A stretch of 64,000 nucleotides of DNA from Thermodesulfobacteriota bacterium (lineage in GTDB: Bacteria > Desulfobacterota > Desulfobacteria > Desulfobacterales > SURF-7): contig JBMORA010000009.1 in assembly GCA_049320885.1 (NCBI GenBank), positions 384,001-448,000 on the forward strand, given 5' to 3'. A program made the translations under genes and the position numbers. This document shows positions 1 to 10,168 of the stretch, one piece after another; the first letter of the stretch is position 1; each line of letters opens with the position of its first letter. The notes under the pieces are model-generated. The model was not told the origin of the DNA. It saw nothing but the letters and a program-made list of their open reading frames with translations, and made no database searches.

Positions 1-213
1 ATCCCGGGGAGTGGCGCTACTTTCAGCATGGTGACGGCGGGTGGCGCTATGGTTGCAAGCCTGAAACCGTGACTTCGCATCGGAATGATTTCTCTTGACC
101 AAACGCAGAAAAAAACAGATGAATCACTTTATCGCGCATGAGCCTATTTTATTGACATATTGTCGGCCATCGGCAGATGGATTCTGATTGACGGCAGTTG
201 CCCGAAGCCGACA

Positions 214-229
214 TGGCATTTAACTTGCT
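214..229 (+). promoter_or_regulatory. sigma54 (-24/-12) promoter
   Basis: TGGCAT-TTAAC-TTGCT with GG (215-216) and GC (227-228) at the canonical 12-nt offset; predicted +1 near 240. Confidence 0.7.
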
Positions 230-239
230 TTTATTAAAA

Positions 240-328
240 CGGTAAGGAGCGAAGCTTGGCGAACTCCCTCCACTCAATACCTCCCTAAAAACAAGCCGGA
301 CCGGTAAAGACGGTTCGGCTTGTTTTTT
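240..328 (+). ncRNA. candidate ~90-nt sRNA with anti-Shine-Dalgarno CU-rich motifs
   Basis: Bounded by the sigma54 promoter and a strong terminator; 5' GGAG/CUCC hairpin; CUCCCUCC and ACCUCCC tracts; no ORF. Confidence 0.55.
287..328 (+). terminator. intrinsic terminator (potentially bidirectional)
   Basis: AAAAACAAGCCGGACCG-gtaaaga-CGGTTCGGCTTGTTTTTT. Confidence 0.8.
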
Positions 329-404
329 ATGGCTTGCAGGCGGACGGTGCGGCATGCGACGCCGGCGGTAATTCTCAACCAATGCGGCATGACTGAAGTG
401 ATCC

Positions 405-1616
405 ATGGAAACAGAACTTCGAGAACTCAGGGATTCCAATGAATTCTTGAACATCCTGCTGGACAATATCAATTCCGCGGTGATGATCGCGGATGAGAAC
501 CTGCGTATTTTCCGGGTGAACCGGTCGTTTCTGGGCCTGTTCGATGGAACGGCGGACCAGACCGTGGGCAAGACCTATGGCCAGGCCATGGGCTGCATCC
601 ATACCCATCGCGAAGGGCGGGCCTGCGGTGAAACATCGCATTGCGAGACCTGTCTGGTACGCAATTCCCTCATCAAGGCGGCCATGGAAAACATTCCGGC
701 GGACAGGGTGCGAATTGAAAAAACCTTCATCATCAACGGCAGGCAGCAGATCAAGATATTCGAATTCACCACCCGCCGTATCCATTACCAGGATCGCAAC
801 ATGATTTTGATGATGTTTTATGACATCACCGAAATCGAGCGGCAACGCCTGGAACTGATCGCCAAGCAGCGTCAACTGGATTCGGATCTGGAGGCCGCCG
901 CGGGTATTCAGAGAAGCCTCCTGCCTGTTCGGCTGCCAAAGCTCGCCCATTTTGATTTTGCCTGGTGTTTCGAGCCCTGCAAAAGCATCGGCGGGGATAT
1001 TTTCAATGTGATGTTCCTGAGTGAAACCCGGGTGGCGGTTTTCATGATCGATGTCTGCGGCCACGGCGTTTCCGCGGCCCTGGTGGCGGTGGCGGTTTCC
1101 CAGTTTTTCCAGAACCGGAATCCCTTCATCGCCAACCGCATGGGAGTCATCCCGCCCGACCAGGTGCTGAACCGGCTGAACCGGACGTTCCCCTTTTCCC
1201 GCTTCGACACCTTTTTCACGATTGTCTATCTCGTTATCAACCTGACCGAAGCATCCGTGGAATACAGTTGCGCCGGTCATCCGCCGCCGATCCTGCTCCG
1301 GCAAGACGGTGACATGACGCCCCTGGCCGCTAAAGGACCGGTGATCGGCAGCGATGTGGCCATTTCCTATCCCAGGGAAAAAATATGGCTCAACCCCGGT
1401 GAGAAACTGATCCTGTATACGGACGGGATTCTCGAAAACCAGGATGCGGAAGGCCGGCTGTTCGGTCAGAAACGGTTTCAGGAAGCCCTGGCGCAACGGA
1501 GCTCCGAGGGCATCCAGCGGATGGTGGACGGGGTTTACCAGGCGGCAAAACAATTCAGCCTGGACAAAGGTTTCGAGGACGACGTCAGCCTGCTGGGAAT
1601 CGCTTACAACCCTTGA
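405..1616 (+). CDS. PAS-domain PP2C/SpoIIE (RsbU-like) serine phosphatase
   Basis: N-terminal PAS with Cys cluster; IGGD, DVCGHG, AGHPPP, YTDG and DDVS PP2C motifs. Confidence 0.9.
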   Translation: METELRELRDSNEFLNILLDNINSAVMIADENLRIFRVNRSFLGLFDGTADQTVGKTYGQAMGCIHTHREGRACGETSHCETCLVRNSLIKAAMENIPADRVRIEKTFIINGRQQIKIFEFTTRRIHYQDRNMILMMFYDITEIERQRLELIAKQRQLDSDLEAAAGIQRSLLPVRLPKLAHFDFAWCFEPCKSIGGDIFNVMFLSETRVAVFMIDVCGHGVSAALVAVAVSQFFQNRNPFIANRMGVIPPDQVLNRLNRTFPFSRFDTFFTIVYLVINLTEASVEYSCAGHPPPILLRQDGDMTPLAAKGPVIGSDVAISYPREKIWLNPGEKLILYTDGILENQDAEGRLFGQKRFQEALAQRSSEGIQRMVDGVYQAAKQFSLDKGFEDDVSLLGIAYNP

Positions 1617-1638
1617 TGGGGCTGTAAGCGACGAAGCC

Positions 1639-3765
1639 CTATTTTTTGTCTCCGGCATATCCCATGGGCAATTTCGTAAAACGACCGCCGTGGACGATGG
1701 GGTCGCCTTTATAGCCCAAGGCCTTGAAATCGATGTAATCCGTTGATCCGATCAGATGGCCGACATCCCGTCCTTTTTCAGCCATATAGCTGAAATCGGT
1801 TCCTTTGTGGGCGATTTCCCGGAAATTCACATTGCGGTTGTCCTGGTGGCAGCGGTTGCAGGTCCGGCCTTCCTCTTTCAGGCTGCCGTGGCACTGGGAA
1901 CAGGACAGGGCCATGCCGGCCGGCATTACTTCGTGGTTGACACTCCAGAACATCCGGGTTTTGATCCACTGAACCGAACCGCTGTAAGGCAATCCCACGG
2001 TTTTCATCCCATCGGTAAAGGCTTTCTGCCAATCCCGGTTTTTCCAGTAGGCCGTGGTGTCATCCGCGTTGCGGGGAAACAGGTGGGGCACCAGCAAATA
2101 GGTATGAACGGCATCGGCTGCCTGAATCCCGTCCATCAGCTTGAAGGGAGCGATTCTGGAGCCGGGGTCCGTGATGGCGCCCACCGGCTCCGTCAGATGG
2201 ATTACCGGGGACGTCAGGTCGAGTTTGTCGCCGATGAGCACCCGTTTGGTGAACCCGCCGAACCAGCGGTAGGTGGGTTTGGCCGATTCCTTCCATTGGA
2301 ATTCGCCTTTCATCCAGTTGTAGTCCGGCATGCCGTATTTGTCGTTTTTCGGCTGCCGCTGCATATCGCCGGCCCGGGACCAGTCCCAATACACTTTGGT
2401 CGGCTTGCACTTGGCATATAACGGCGAATGGCAGGTGTTGCAGTCGATGTGCCGGCAGTGGTTGTTTAAATGATGATCCAGCAGGCTATTGGCGTAATGC
2501 GGCTGATCCGAATGGCAGTCGGTGCAATTCAGGGCGCCTTCCGCCGGAGGAGCGGACGAACTTCGGCCGCTGATTTTGTGGTTGCGGGTCTGGTGGCATT
2601 CGCTGCATTGCAAATCGTATCCTCCCATGTGAATATCGCAGCTTCGTTCGGGATGCAGCAACTGGCGGGAAAGATCGGCATGCTTGACGGCTTCATCGCC
2701 GCCGCCGTTGAAATGGCAGACCCCGCAGGACCGGCGGCTGCTGTGGCCGACATTTTCCGCCACGTGTTTCAAATCCACATCCGGCTCCGGCATGCCGGCG
2801 GCCGGCGGCGCTTTTTTATAGGTTCCGGTGGTGTCGTGACAGACCAGGCAGTCGATCCGGCTTTTGTCCGAAAAATCAAAGGTATTGTCTTTCCAGCCGT
2901 ATCCGGCGTGGCAGGAGGTGCAGCGGGGTTCGTTGCTCGGCGTGGCGATGCAGAAATTGTTGATGGCGGTGGTGGCCTTGCCGTGTTGTACTTCCTTGCG
3001 ATGCTCCATGGTGTAGGGGGAATGACCTTTCCACAGCCAGTGCACGCTGGAAAGCATGTCCTCCCCGGCCTGCTCGTGGCAGCGCAGGCATTCCCGGGTT
3101 ACTTCCGTGGGTTCGGGTTTTGCGGGCAATTGCACGAGATGTTGATGATCCGGGACATTTTTGGGGTGACAGCCGGAGCAGTCCGACGGCCCCCGGTTCA
3201 TTTGCCGGTGGCATTGGATGCACTGGATATGGTAGGCCGCCTTCAACCCGATACGTTCCGGGTGGTCGGTGCGGAAGGACTCCTGGTGGCAGGCCGAACA
3301 TCGGGTGGTTTCCGCCGCCGCCGGATCCGTCGGCCGGTAATGGTGGCACACGGCGCAATCCTTCAACAGATTGGCGTGCTTGGCGTGCATGAAGCGGACC
3401 GGTTCATAATGGTTTTCCCGCTTGTTGATGATGGGGCTGTCCAGCAGGACATATTTGTGCGGGATATCGGCCGGGCTCAAGCCTTTGTCCCGGAGTTTCT
3501 GCTGCCGGCAAAGCTGGCATTCGTCGATCACGGTATCCACAAAGGGTACTGTCTCCCATGCCCGTTCTTTGGCTGCTTCCTGGTCCGGGGCTTTCCAGGC
3601 CGTTTCCGGCGGCAAGGCCTTGCCGGAAGGGTGCGGCGCGGGTTTTCCGGCCGGCGTTTCCGTTACATCCGCCGATGTCCGGTCGGCATGCATTCCGATC
3701 CACAGCAAGCCGGTTATGAGGGCGAATCCCATGCAGAGGCCGAATTTTATCAATGGATGTTTCAT
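1639..3765 (-). CDS. 13-heme c-type cytochrome: class III (c3-like) tetraheme domain fused to an octaheme tetrathionate reductase (OTR)-family domain
   Basis: N-terminal hydrophobic signal/anchor; 13 CxxCH motifs; V-x-F-x-H-x-x-H and LKAAYH c3 motifs; HWLW, GK-x4-INNFC and CTSCHAGYG OTR motifs. Confidence 0.85.
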   Translation of the reverse strand: MKHPLIKFGLCMGFALITGLLWIGMHADRTSADVTETPAGKPAPHPSGKALPPETAWKAPDQEAAKERAWETVPFVDTVIDECQLCRQQKLRDKGLSPADIPHKYVLLDSPIINKRENHYEPVRFMHAKHANLLKDCAVCHHYRPTDPAAAETTRCSACHQESFRTDHPERIGLKAAYHIQCIQCHRQMNRGPSDCSGCHPKNVPDHQHLVQLPAKPEPTEVTRECLRCHEQAGEDMLSSVHWLWKGHSPYTMEHRKEVQHGKATTAINNFCIATPSNEPRCTSCHAGYGWKDNTFDFSDKSRIDCLVCHDTTGTYKKAPPAAGMPEPDVDLKHVAENVGHSSRRSCGVCHFNGGGDEAVKHADLSRQLLHPERSCDIHMGGYDLQCSECHQTRNHKISGRSSSAPPAEGALNCTDCHSDQPHYANSLLDHHLNNHCRHIDCNTCHSPLYAKCKPTKVYWDWSRAGDMQRQPKNDKYGMPDYNWMKGEFQWKESAKPTYRWFGGFTKRVLIGDKLDLTSPVIHLTEPVGAITDPGSRIAPFKLMDGIQAADAVHTYLLVPHLFPRNADDTTAYWKNRDWQKAFTDGMKTVGLPYSGSVQWIKTRMFWSVNHEVMPAGMALSCSQCHGSLKEEGRTCNRCHQDNRNVNFREIAHKGTDFSYMAEKGRDVGHLIGSTDYIDFKALGYKGDPIVHGGRFTKLPMGYAGDKK

Positions 3766-4967
3766 GACGACACCTCCGCCCGTTTGGCGCTGATGATCGG
3801 CAGATGCGTGATCAGCAGGCGATAGAGCAGCATCAGGCCGGCAATCAGACCGGCGGTGGTGAGAAGTTCGCCGATGGCCGGGAAATAAGCGGATGCGCTC
3901 ACCGGCGGCCGGTAACCGACCACGAACACGTTGATCCGGTTCAGCATGACACCGGCGACAATCAACGTGGAGGCGGTGAAAAGCAATCTCCGGGATCGCC
4001 GCGCCTTTTCGGAAAGCAGCATGAACCAGGGCAGCAGGACGCCGAACAGGAGTTCCACCAGGAATGAATTGGTTTGGGCCGTGCCCTCTAACAGATGGAC
4101 ATAGGTTTTCCGGACAACCATGTCGCCGATTTTGAGGGAGGCATACAGCCCCAGCAGAATGATGGTTATCCGGGTCAAGGGCGTCAGAATTTTCATCTCG
4201 CCGTCCAGTTTCAGGGAAGCGGTGGCGATGGTGGTTTCAAAGACCACCATGGGATATCCCACGGTAATGGCCGAAATCAGAAACAACAGGGGCAGGATCG
4301 GCGTATACCACAAGGGGTGCAGCTTGGTGGGTGCCACCAGCATCAGGGAGCCGAGGCTCGACTGGTGCATGCAGGACAACACCACTCCGAGGATGATGAA
4401 GACCCACATGATTTTCCCTAGAATTCTGTCGGCCAGGGCCAGGAGCACTTCGGCAAGGCGGTTCAACGCGGCCAGGGGACCCGGAAGGGAAACCCGGCCT
4501 TTGTATTGCTCCACCACGATGGGCAAAAATTCGATATACAGAACATTCAGATAGAACATCACGCACATGGCCACTTCAAACAGCACCGAATTCGGATTCC
4601 AGTAGATCATGGGTTTCCAGATGGCCCATGACCTTCCGATATCCACCATCAGTCCCAGGACGACGAAAGTATACCCCAGCATGGCGGTCAGCAGGGCCGG
4701 CCGCACCACGGGTTCATAATAATGCCGCCCGGCGATATGGGCCAGAAAGGCGGTGGTGAACCCGCCGGCGGCCAGGGCTACTCCGGAAGCCACATCGATT
4801 CCGATCCAGATTCCCCAAGGTCTGGCGGTGGATAAATTGGTGACATAACCGATGCCGCCGACGAAGCGGGCCAGGATGGCGACTCCGCCCGCGGCCATGA
4901 CGGCGAACAGCGCCAGCACCCCGGGTGTCCAGAATTTCCGTTTCAACGGATATGCCTGATGACTCAT
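3762..4967 (-). CDS. NrfD/HybB/HmcC-family integral membrane quinone-interacting subunit
   Basis: [34 protein letters not shown] and LHPLW motifs; start moved to ATG 4967 (ATGA overlap with upstream gene, GGAG RBS). Confidence 0.9.
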   Translation of the reverse strand: MSHQAYPLKRKFWTPGVLALFAVMAAGGVAILARFVGGIGYVTNLSTARPWGIWIGIDVASGVALAAGGFTTAFLAHIAGRHYYEPVVRPALLTAMLGYTFVVLGLMVDIGRSWAIWKPMIYWNPNSVLFEVAMCVMFYLNVLYIEFLPIVVEQYKGRVSLPGPLAALNRLAEVLLALADRILGKIMWVFIILGVVLSCMHQSSLGSLMLVAPTKLHPLWYTPILPLLFLISAITVGYPMVVFETTIATASLKLDGEMKILTPLTRITIILLGLYASLKIGDMVVRKTYVHLLEGTAQTNSFLVELLFGVLLPWFMLLSEKARRSRRLLFTASTLIVAGVMLNRINVFVVGYRPPVSASAYFPAIGELLTTAGLIAGLMLLYRLLITHLPIISAKRAEVSS

Positions 4968-5884
4968 TTTGTGTCTCCCCCATGATTGTCGGCGCGGTCC
5001 TGCCGTTCTTTGGAAACCCACATAAAGCCGCCCAGCAGCATATACAAGGCAATGGGCGACCACAAATAGGTGAAAAGGGAATGCTGGATGGTTTCGGACA
5101 AGGTGGGTGTCGGTTTATCCGGAACCCGGATGAACCCGAGTTTTTCAAACGGGATGCCGGAAATATACATCCAGGAAGTCCCGCCGACTTCCTTTTCGCC
5201 GTAAATCGTTTTGATATACTTGGCCGGGTTGTCCTTGATGCGCTTTTTGGCCAGTTCCAGCAGGGAGGCCCGCTTGCCGAAGGTGATGGCCTCCACCGGA
5301 CAAATAGCGGCGCAGCCCGGAAGTCCGCCTTCCTTGGCGATGCGTTCATGGCAGAAGGTGCATTTCATCACCCGGGGGGTGACGGGGTCATGATATTCAT
5401 ACGCCGGTATTTCGAAGGGGCAGGCCACCATGCAATAGCGGCAGCCAATGCATTTGGTTGCGTCATAGGTAACGGAACCGGTTTCCGTCTTCGTCAGCGC
5501 GCCCACGATACAGGCTGAAGCGCAGGCTGGATCCTGGCAGTGCAGGCACTGGATTTTGACGTAGGTCGGAACCAGTTGGTTTTGGGCGTCGACCTGACCG
5601 GGAAAATAGCGATTGACCACGGTGAAGGATTTCTCATCCGGCCGCCGGTTTTTGTTGAGCACCGTCGGGTCCTCAAAGGACTGTTCCGGAGGCGGCAGTT
5701 GATTCACCTGGTTGCAGGCCTGTTCGCATTTCCGGCAACCGATGCAGCGGGTGAGATCCACGAGACAGCCGTAGGCCTCCGGCGGCGCCTTGAGGGACTG
5801 GGATCGGGCGGGCGCCGGTTTTGCCACGATGGCGGCCCCGGCGGCGCCGATCGTTTTCATAAAAAAACGGCGATTGATGTGCAT
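4964..5884 (-). CDS. Tat-exported 4x[4Fe-4S] ferredoxin-like subunit (HybA/HmcB/NrfC family)
   Basis: NRRFFMK twin-arginine signal; [23 protein letters not shown] and CTFC motifs; C-terminal TM helix. Confidence 0.92.
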   Translation of the reverse strand: MHINRRFFMKTIGAAGAAIVAKPAPARSQSLKAPPEAYGCLVDLTRCIGCRKCEQACNQVNQLPPPEQSFEDPTVLNKNRRPDEKSFTVVNRYFPGQVDAQNQLVPTYVKIQCLHCQDPACASACIVGALTKTETGSVTYDATKCIGCRYCMVACPFEIPAYEYHDPVTPRVMKCTFCHERIAKEGGLPGCAAICPVEAITFGKRASLLELAKKRIKDNPAKYIKTIYGEKEVGGTSWMYISGIPFEKLGFIRVPDKPTPTLSETIQHSLFTYLWSPIALYMLLGGFMWVSKERQDRADNHGGDTK

Positions 5885-5905
5885 GGTAAAACTCCTTGGG
5901 TTTCC

Positions 5906-7609
5906 CTATGAGGAGACTGCCTTTGAAAAAGGCCAGCAGACAATCCCTCCGTCCATATATTTGACGTTGGTGTATCCCGCGCCGGTCAGAATCCTCTCGG
6001 CTTCATATCCGCGCAGGGATATTTTGCAGAAGGGAATAATTTCTTTTTCCCGGGGAAGCTCGTCAAAACAGTTGCGCAGCTTGCCCAGGGGGATGAGCTT
6101 GACCCGGGGATCCTCGATCCGCATCTGCGAGAACTCCTGCGGCGAGCGCACATCCAGAAAGATGAAGTCGTCGCCGCTTTCGATTTTTTCATGCACTTCC
6201 ATGGGCGTGAGGGATTTTCCGAGGCCGCGGAGCTTGTTTTCGGCAATATTGGCCGCCGTGATGATATTGTCCATGGCTGGAGAGAACGGCGGTGCATAGG
6301 CCAGATCATACTGCCCGATATCCGTCACTTTCCCGCCGGAAAGAATGTTGGTGACCGCCACTTCCATTCGTTTGGCCACGTCACCGGGGCCGACGATCTG
6401 GGCGCCCAGCAGTTTTTCCGTCTTCCGGTCGACGATCAGCTTGATGACGATCATCCGCGCCTCGCTCAGAAAGTGGGGCTTGTCCGGCGCCGGGCTCAGA
6501 ACCGTGATATAGTCATAGCCCAGTTCCCTGGCGGCTTTTTCCGTCAGGCCGGTCCGGGCGACATTGCAGTTGAACAGTTTGCAGATGGCCGTGCCGGCCA
6601 TGCTCCTGAATTCGGTTTCCAGGCCGCAGATATTGTCCGCAATCACCCGGCCGTGTTTGTTGGCCGTGGATCCCATGGGGGCATAGAAGGGTTTGCCGGT
6701 GATGGCGTGGATGTTTTCGACGCAGTCGCCACCGGCATAGATATCCGGATCGGATGTACGCATGTGCCGGTCGACTTTGATGGCGCCGGTCGGGCCGATT
6801 TCCAGGCCCATTTCCCGGGCCAGCAGGGTGTTGGGTTTCACGCCCACGGCGATGAGCACCAGATCCGCCGGATATTCCCCCTTGTCGGTAGTGATGCTTT
6901 TCACGTTGCCGCGATCGTCGCCGTTGATTCTGACCACCGATTCGCTCAATCGGACGTTGATTCCGTTGGCGGCCATTTCGTTGTGGAGGTGATGAGCGAT
7001 TTCCATGTCCAGCAACTCACCCATGACCCGGTCCAGCCGTTCGATCACCGTAATGTTCATCCCCTGTTTTTTGAAGGCCTCGGTGACTTCGATGCCGATC
7101 AGTCCGGCGCCGATGATCACGGCGTTTTTTCCTTCGAGGGCGCCGCTCTCATTCCTGATCTTGCGCGCGTCCTCGACGGTTTGCAGAAAATTGACCCCGT
7201 TCAAATCCGTGCCTTCAATGGGGGGGACCTGATAGCGGCTGCCCACCGCGAGGACCAGGGCGTCATAGGAAAACTCTGCTGTTTCACCGGTATGAATGTT
7301 GATGGCGCAGACTTTTTTCCGTTTCCGGTCCACGGATTTCACCAGGGTATGATTCCGGACCTCGATGCCCTTGACCGTGTGGAAAAAGAAGGTGTCGCGA
7401 ACCACGCCGGTGGGGGTGGCCATGAGTTCGTTGTGGCTTTCGACTTCTCCGGCAATATAAAACGGCAGGCCGCAACCCGCGTAGGAAAGCAATTCGCCCT
7501 TTTCGATGATGGTGACCTGCGCTTCGGGATTCAGGCGCATGATCCGGGCCGCCGCCTTCGGGCCGCAGGCGACGCCGCCGACGACAACTACTTTTTGCTT
7601 TTTTATCAT
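5906..7609 (-). CDS. CoA-disulfide/persulfide reductase with C-terminal rhodanese domain (Npsr/CoADR-RHD family)
   Basis: GGVACG FAD motif, SYAGCGLP redox Cys, GAGLIG NAD motif, YAPPFS, rhodanese DVR...FCKISLRG. Confidence 0.9.
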   Translation of the reverse strand: MIKKQKVVVVGGVACGPKAAARIMRLNPEAQVTIIEKGELLSYAGCGLPFYIAGEVESHNELMATPTGVVRDTFFFHTVKGIEVRNHTLVKSVDRKRKKVCAINIHTGETAEFSYDALVLAVGSRYQVPPIEGTDLNGVNFLQTVEDARKIRNESGALEGKNAVIIGAGLIGIEVTEAFKKQGMNITVIERLDRVMGELLDMEIAHHLHNEMAANGINVRLSESVVRINGDDRGNVKSITTDKGEYPADLVLIAVGVKPNTLLAREMGLEIGPTGAIKVDRHMRTSDPDIYAGGDCVENIHAITGKPFYAPMGSTANKHGRVIADNICGLETEFRSMAGTAICKLFNCNVARTGLTEKAARELGYDYITVLSPAPDKPHFLSEARMIVIKLIVDRKTEKLLGAQIVGPGDVAKRMEVAVTNILSGGKVTDIGQYDLAYAPPFSPAMDNIITAANIAENKLRGLGKSLTPMEVHEKIESGDDFIFLDVRSPQEFSQMRIEDPRVKLIPLGKLRNCFDELPREKEIIPFCKISLRGYEAERILTGAGYTNVKYMDGGIVCWPFSKAVSS

Positions 7610-7633
7610 CCTCTCTCTCCTTTCGATATTCTG

Positions 7634-9769
7634 TCAGTTTATGAAAACGGGTGGTTTGGTTTGATGGATGGGAGGCCGATCTGTCTCGAATTTCGCTTTC
7701 ACGGAGGGGAAGGCCTCCCGATTGGTATGCGGTAGAAACATGGCGGAAGTGAATTCATCCATAAACCGGCTGTTGCTCGAAAAATCGACATAGGTCATGC
7801 GGTTGCATACTTCCAGGGCTTCCCGGCGGCTGTGATCCGAAAGCAGCGCCATATACGCGCCGGCAATGGAGCTGTTGCCCATGTAAGTGAACTTGCAGCG
7901 TTCCACATCGGGCAACAGACCGATGGTGACGGCTTTTTCGATATCCAGGTACTGGCCGAAACCGCCGGTGATGATCATCCGGTCCACGGATGAAAACGCA
8001 AGCCCGGCATGCTGCAACAGAACGGAAAATCCGGCATAAACCGCGGCCTTGCTGCGCATGATATTGACCACGTCCGACGCCATGAAAAGGATTTCGCGTT
8101 CGAGGGAGGTCTCGTCCGCCATTGCCACCACATAGGCGGTTTCATCTTTTTCCCGCACAATCCGGGGGTGAACGGGTTCCATGGCGAACTTGCCGTTGGG
8201 GTGGATGATGCCGGCCAGCAACATCTCCGATATCAGGTCGATCATGCCCGAGCCGCAGATGCCGCGCGGTTTTTTCTTGCCGACCACCGCCCAGGAAGGT
8301 TCAAGGGTATCCGGATCGATGCGTACCTTTTCGATGGCCCCTTCCTCCGCCCGCATGCCCCAACGGACGCCGCCACCCTCAAAGGCCGGGCCGGCGGAAC
8401 AGGAGGCGGTCAGCAACCATTCGTTGTTTCCCAGCACGATCTCGCCGTTGGTGCCGATATCGATGAACAGCGTCAGGGCCGCTTCCCGGTGAAATCCGGT
8501 ATACAGAAGGCCGGACACAATATCTCCCCCGACATAGCTGGCGGGTCCCGGCATGACGAAAACGGCTGCTTCCGGATCGGTCTGGAGACCGATGTGTCCC
8601 GCCCGCAAAATCGGAAACGCGGAGACGGTGGGAATGTATGGCTCCCGCCGGATGTGGCGCGGTTCGATGCGCAGCAGCAGATGAATCATGGTGGTGTTGC
8701 CGGACAAAACGACGTTGTCGATCTGCCGGCGGTCGGCGCCCGTGGCGCCCAGGGTTTCATTGATCAGGCCGTTGATGGTGGCCAGGGCCATTTTGCTCAG
8801 CTTCTGAACCCCGTCCTTTTCCGCGCAGATAATCCGGTTGATCACGTCATCCCCACAGGCCGCCTGGCGGTTGTGCCCCGAGGCGGCGGCCAGTATGGCG
8901 CCGTCCAGCATATCCACCAGATACACCACAATGGAGGTCGTGCCCACATCGATGGCAAGCCCCAGGGATTTTCCGGGCCGATCCTCCGCTGCCACACGGA
9001 TCACCTCGCTGGAACAGTCGCTGTCGATGACGGCGGCGGTGACTTTGAAGTTGTTGCTTCGCATGGCCGCTGCCAGTTCGCGCATGACTTTCAGCCCCAT
9101 GGTGGTGCGGGCGGCATCACAACCCTTCTGCGACAGGCCTCGTTTCAGGCGATCCAGGTCGCTCACCGGATCGTCGAGAGTGGGTGGATTCAATTCCAGA
9201 CGAAAGTTCCGCGACATGGGGCTGATTTGGGATACCAACCCTTTCAGCCGATCCGTGGCCGCCTGGCCCATACCAGCTACCTGGAGATTCCGTTCAATGG
9301 TCTCTTCCGGTATCCGGACCGTTATATCGTTCCGGACGGCGGCCTGGCAGGCCAGGACATATCCCTTGGCCTTTTCGGCGTCGCTCAACAGCGGGGTGGC
9401 CGCTGCCTCCACCGCACCAGAAACCAGAACAAGCTTGCATTTGCCGCAAACTCCCTTCCCATTGCAGGATGCATTCAGGGGCACCTCGGCGGCCCGGGCG
9501 GCCTCCAGCAGGGAAGCACCTTCCGGCACCCGCACGGTTTTTGCCGCCGGTTCAAAGCTGACGCTGACTTCATGCATTTCCTTCCGTTCCGGCATGGCGT
9601 CGATATCTTTTCCGCCCCGTTTGTCCATGAACCAGATGGGGCAGGCGGACCGGAACTTGCAGTGGATATTCGGATCGCGGCATTTCAGGCATTCCTCGCA
9701 TAAATAGATATCGTGCTTCATGCAGACATAGCCGGTTTCGCGATCCGGGTGGTTGACACATCTTCCCAT
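7634..9769 (-). CDS. ASKHA-domain (DUF4445) ATP-dependent reductive activator, RACo/RamA-like, with [2Fe-2S] domain and extra N-terminal Cys/His finger
   Basis: CNGKGVCGKC...LACQ; DVGTT, DIGTNGE, SAGPAFEG and GICGSG motifs; start at ATG 9769 with AGGAG RBS. Confidence 0.88.
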   Translation of the reverse strand: MGRCVNHPDRETGYVCMKHDIYLCEECLKCRDPNIHCKFRSACPIWFMDKRGGKDIDAMPERKEMHEVSVSFEPAAKTVRVPEGASLLEAARAAEVPLNASCNGKGVCGKCKLVLVSGAVEAAATPLLSDAEKAKGYVLACQAAVRNDITVRIPEETIERNLQVAGMGQAATDRLKGLVSQISPMSRNFRLELNPPTLDDPVSDLDRLKRGLSQKGCDAARTTMGLKVMRELAAAMRSNNFKVTAAVIDSDCSSEVIRVAAEDRPGKSLGLAIDVGTTSIVVYLVDMLDGAILAAASGHNRQAACGDDVINRIICAEKDGVQKLSKMALATINGLINETLGATGADRRQIDNVVLSGNTTMIHLLLRIEPRHIRREPYIPTVSAFPILRAGHIGLQTDPEAAVFVMPGPASYVGGDIVSGLLYTGFHREAALTLFIDIGTNGEIVLGNNEWLLTASCSAGPAFEGGGVRWGMRAEEGAIEKVRIDPDTLEPSWAVVGKKKPRGICGSGMIDLISEMLLAGIIHPNGKFAMEPVHPRIVREKDETAYVVAMADETSLEREILFMASDVVNIMRSKAAVYAGFSVLLQHAGLAFSSVDRMIITGGFGQYLDIEKAVTIGLLPDVERCKFTYMGNSSIAGAYMALLSDHSRREALEVCNRMTYVDFSSNSRFMDEFTSAMFLPHTNREAFPSVKAKFETDRPPIHQTKPPVFIN

Positions 9770-9779
9770 GCGACACTCC

Positions 9780-10103
9780 TTACGCCATGGCGCGACTGAG
9801 GGTTTCGGCCAGAACATTCTGGGCTTGAATGCCGACGAAGCGCTGAATTTCCTTACTGTTTTTATATATAATCAGGGTCGGGATGCTCTGGATGCCGAGG
9901 TCGGCGGCCAATTTGGGAAGTTCATCTACATTGATGGCCGCAATCGGGACTTTGCCTTCGAACTGCACCGCCAGCTCTTTCAGAATGGGCTCCTGCAAAC
10001 GACATGGCGCACACCAGGGCGCATTGTAATCGATCAGGGCCACCCCGCCGGACTGAATCAATGCGTCGAACGCTTCTCTTGAATGGATTTCTTGAAACCC
10101 CAT
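9780..10103 (-). CDS. thioredoxin
   Basis: WCAPC active site, SIPT cis-Pro motif, 107 aa. Confidence 0.92.
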   Translation of the reverse strand: MGFQEIHSREAFDALIQSGGVALIDYNAPWCAPCRLQEPILKELAVQFEGKVPIAAINVDELPKLAADLGIQSIPTLIIYKNSKEIQRFVGIQAQNVLAETLSRAMA

Positions 10104-10168
10104 GTCCCAGGCCTCCTTTGCTGCGGGTCGATTTTCGGGATACGGCTGTCACACTGATTTGATCGGAC

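Noticed and set aside
1..98. Possible 3' end of an upstream CDS (PGEWRYF...NDFS*)
   Set aside because: Too short to assign; PGEWRY recalls pseudouridine synthase tails but is insufficient evidence
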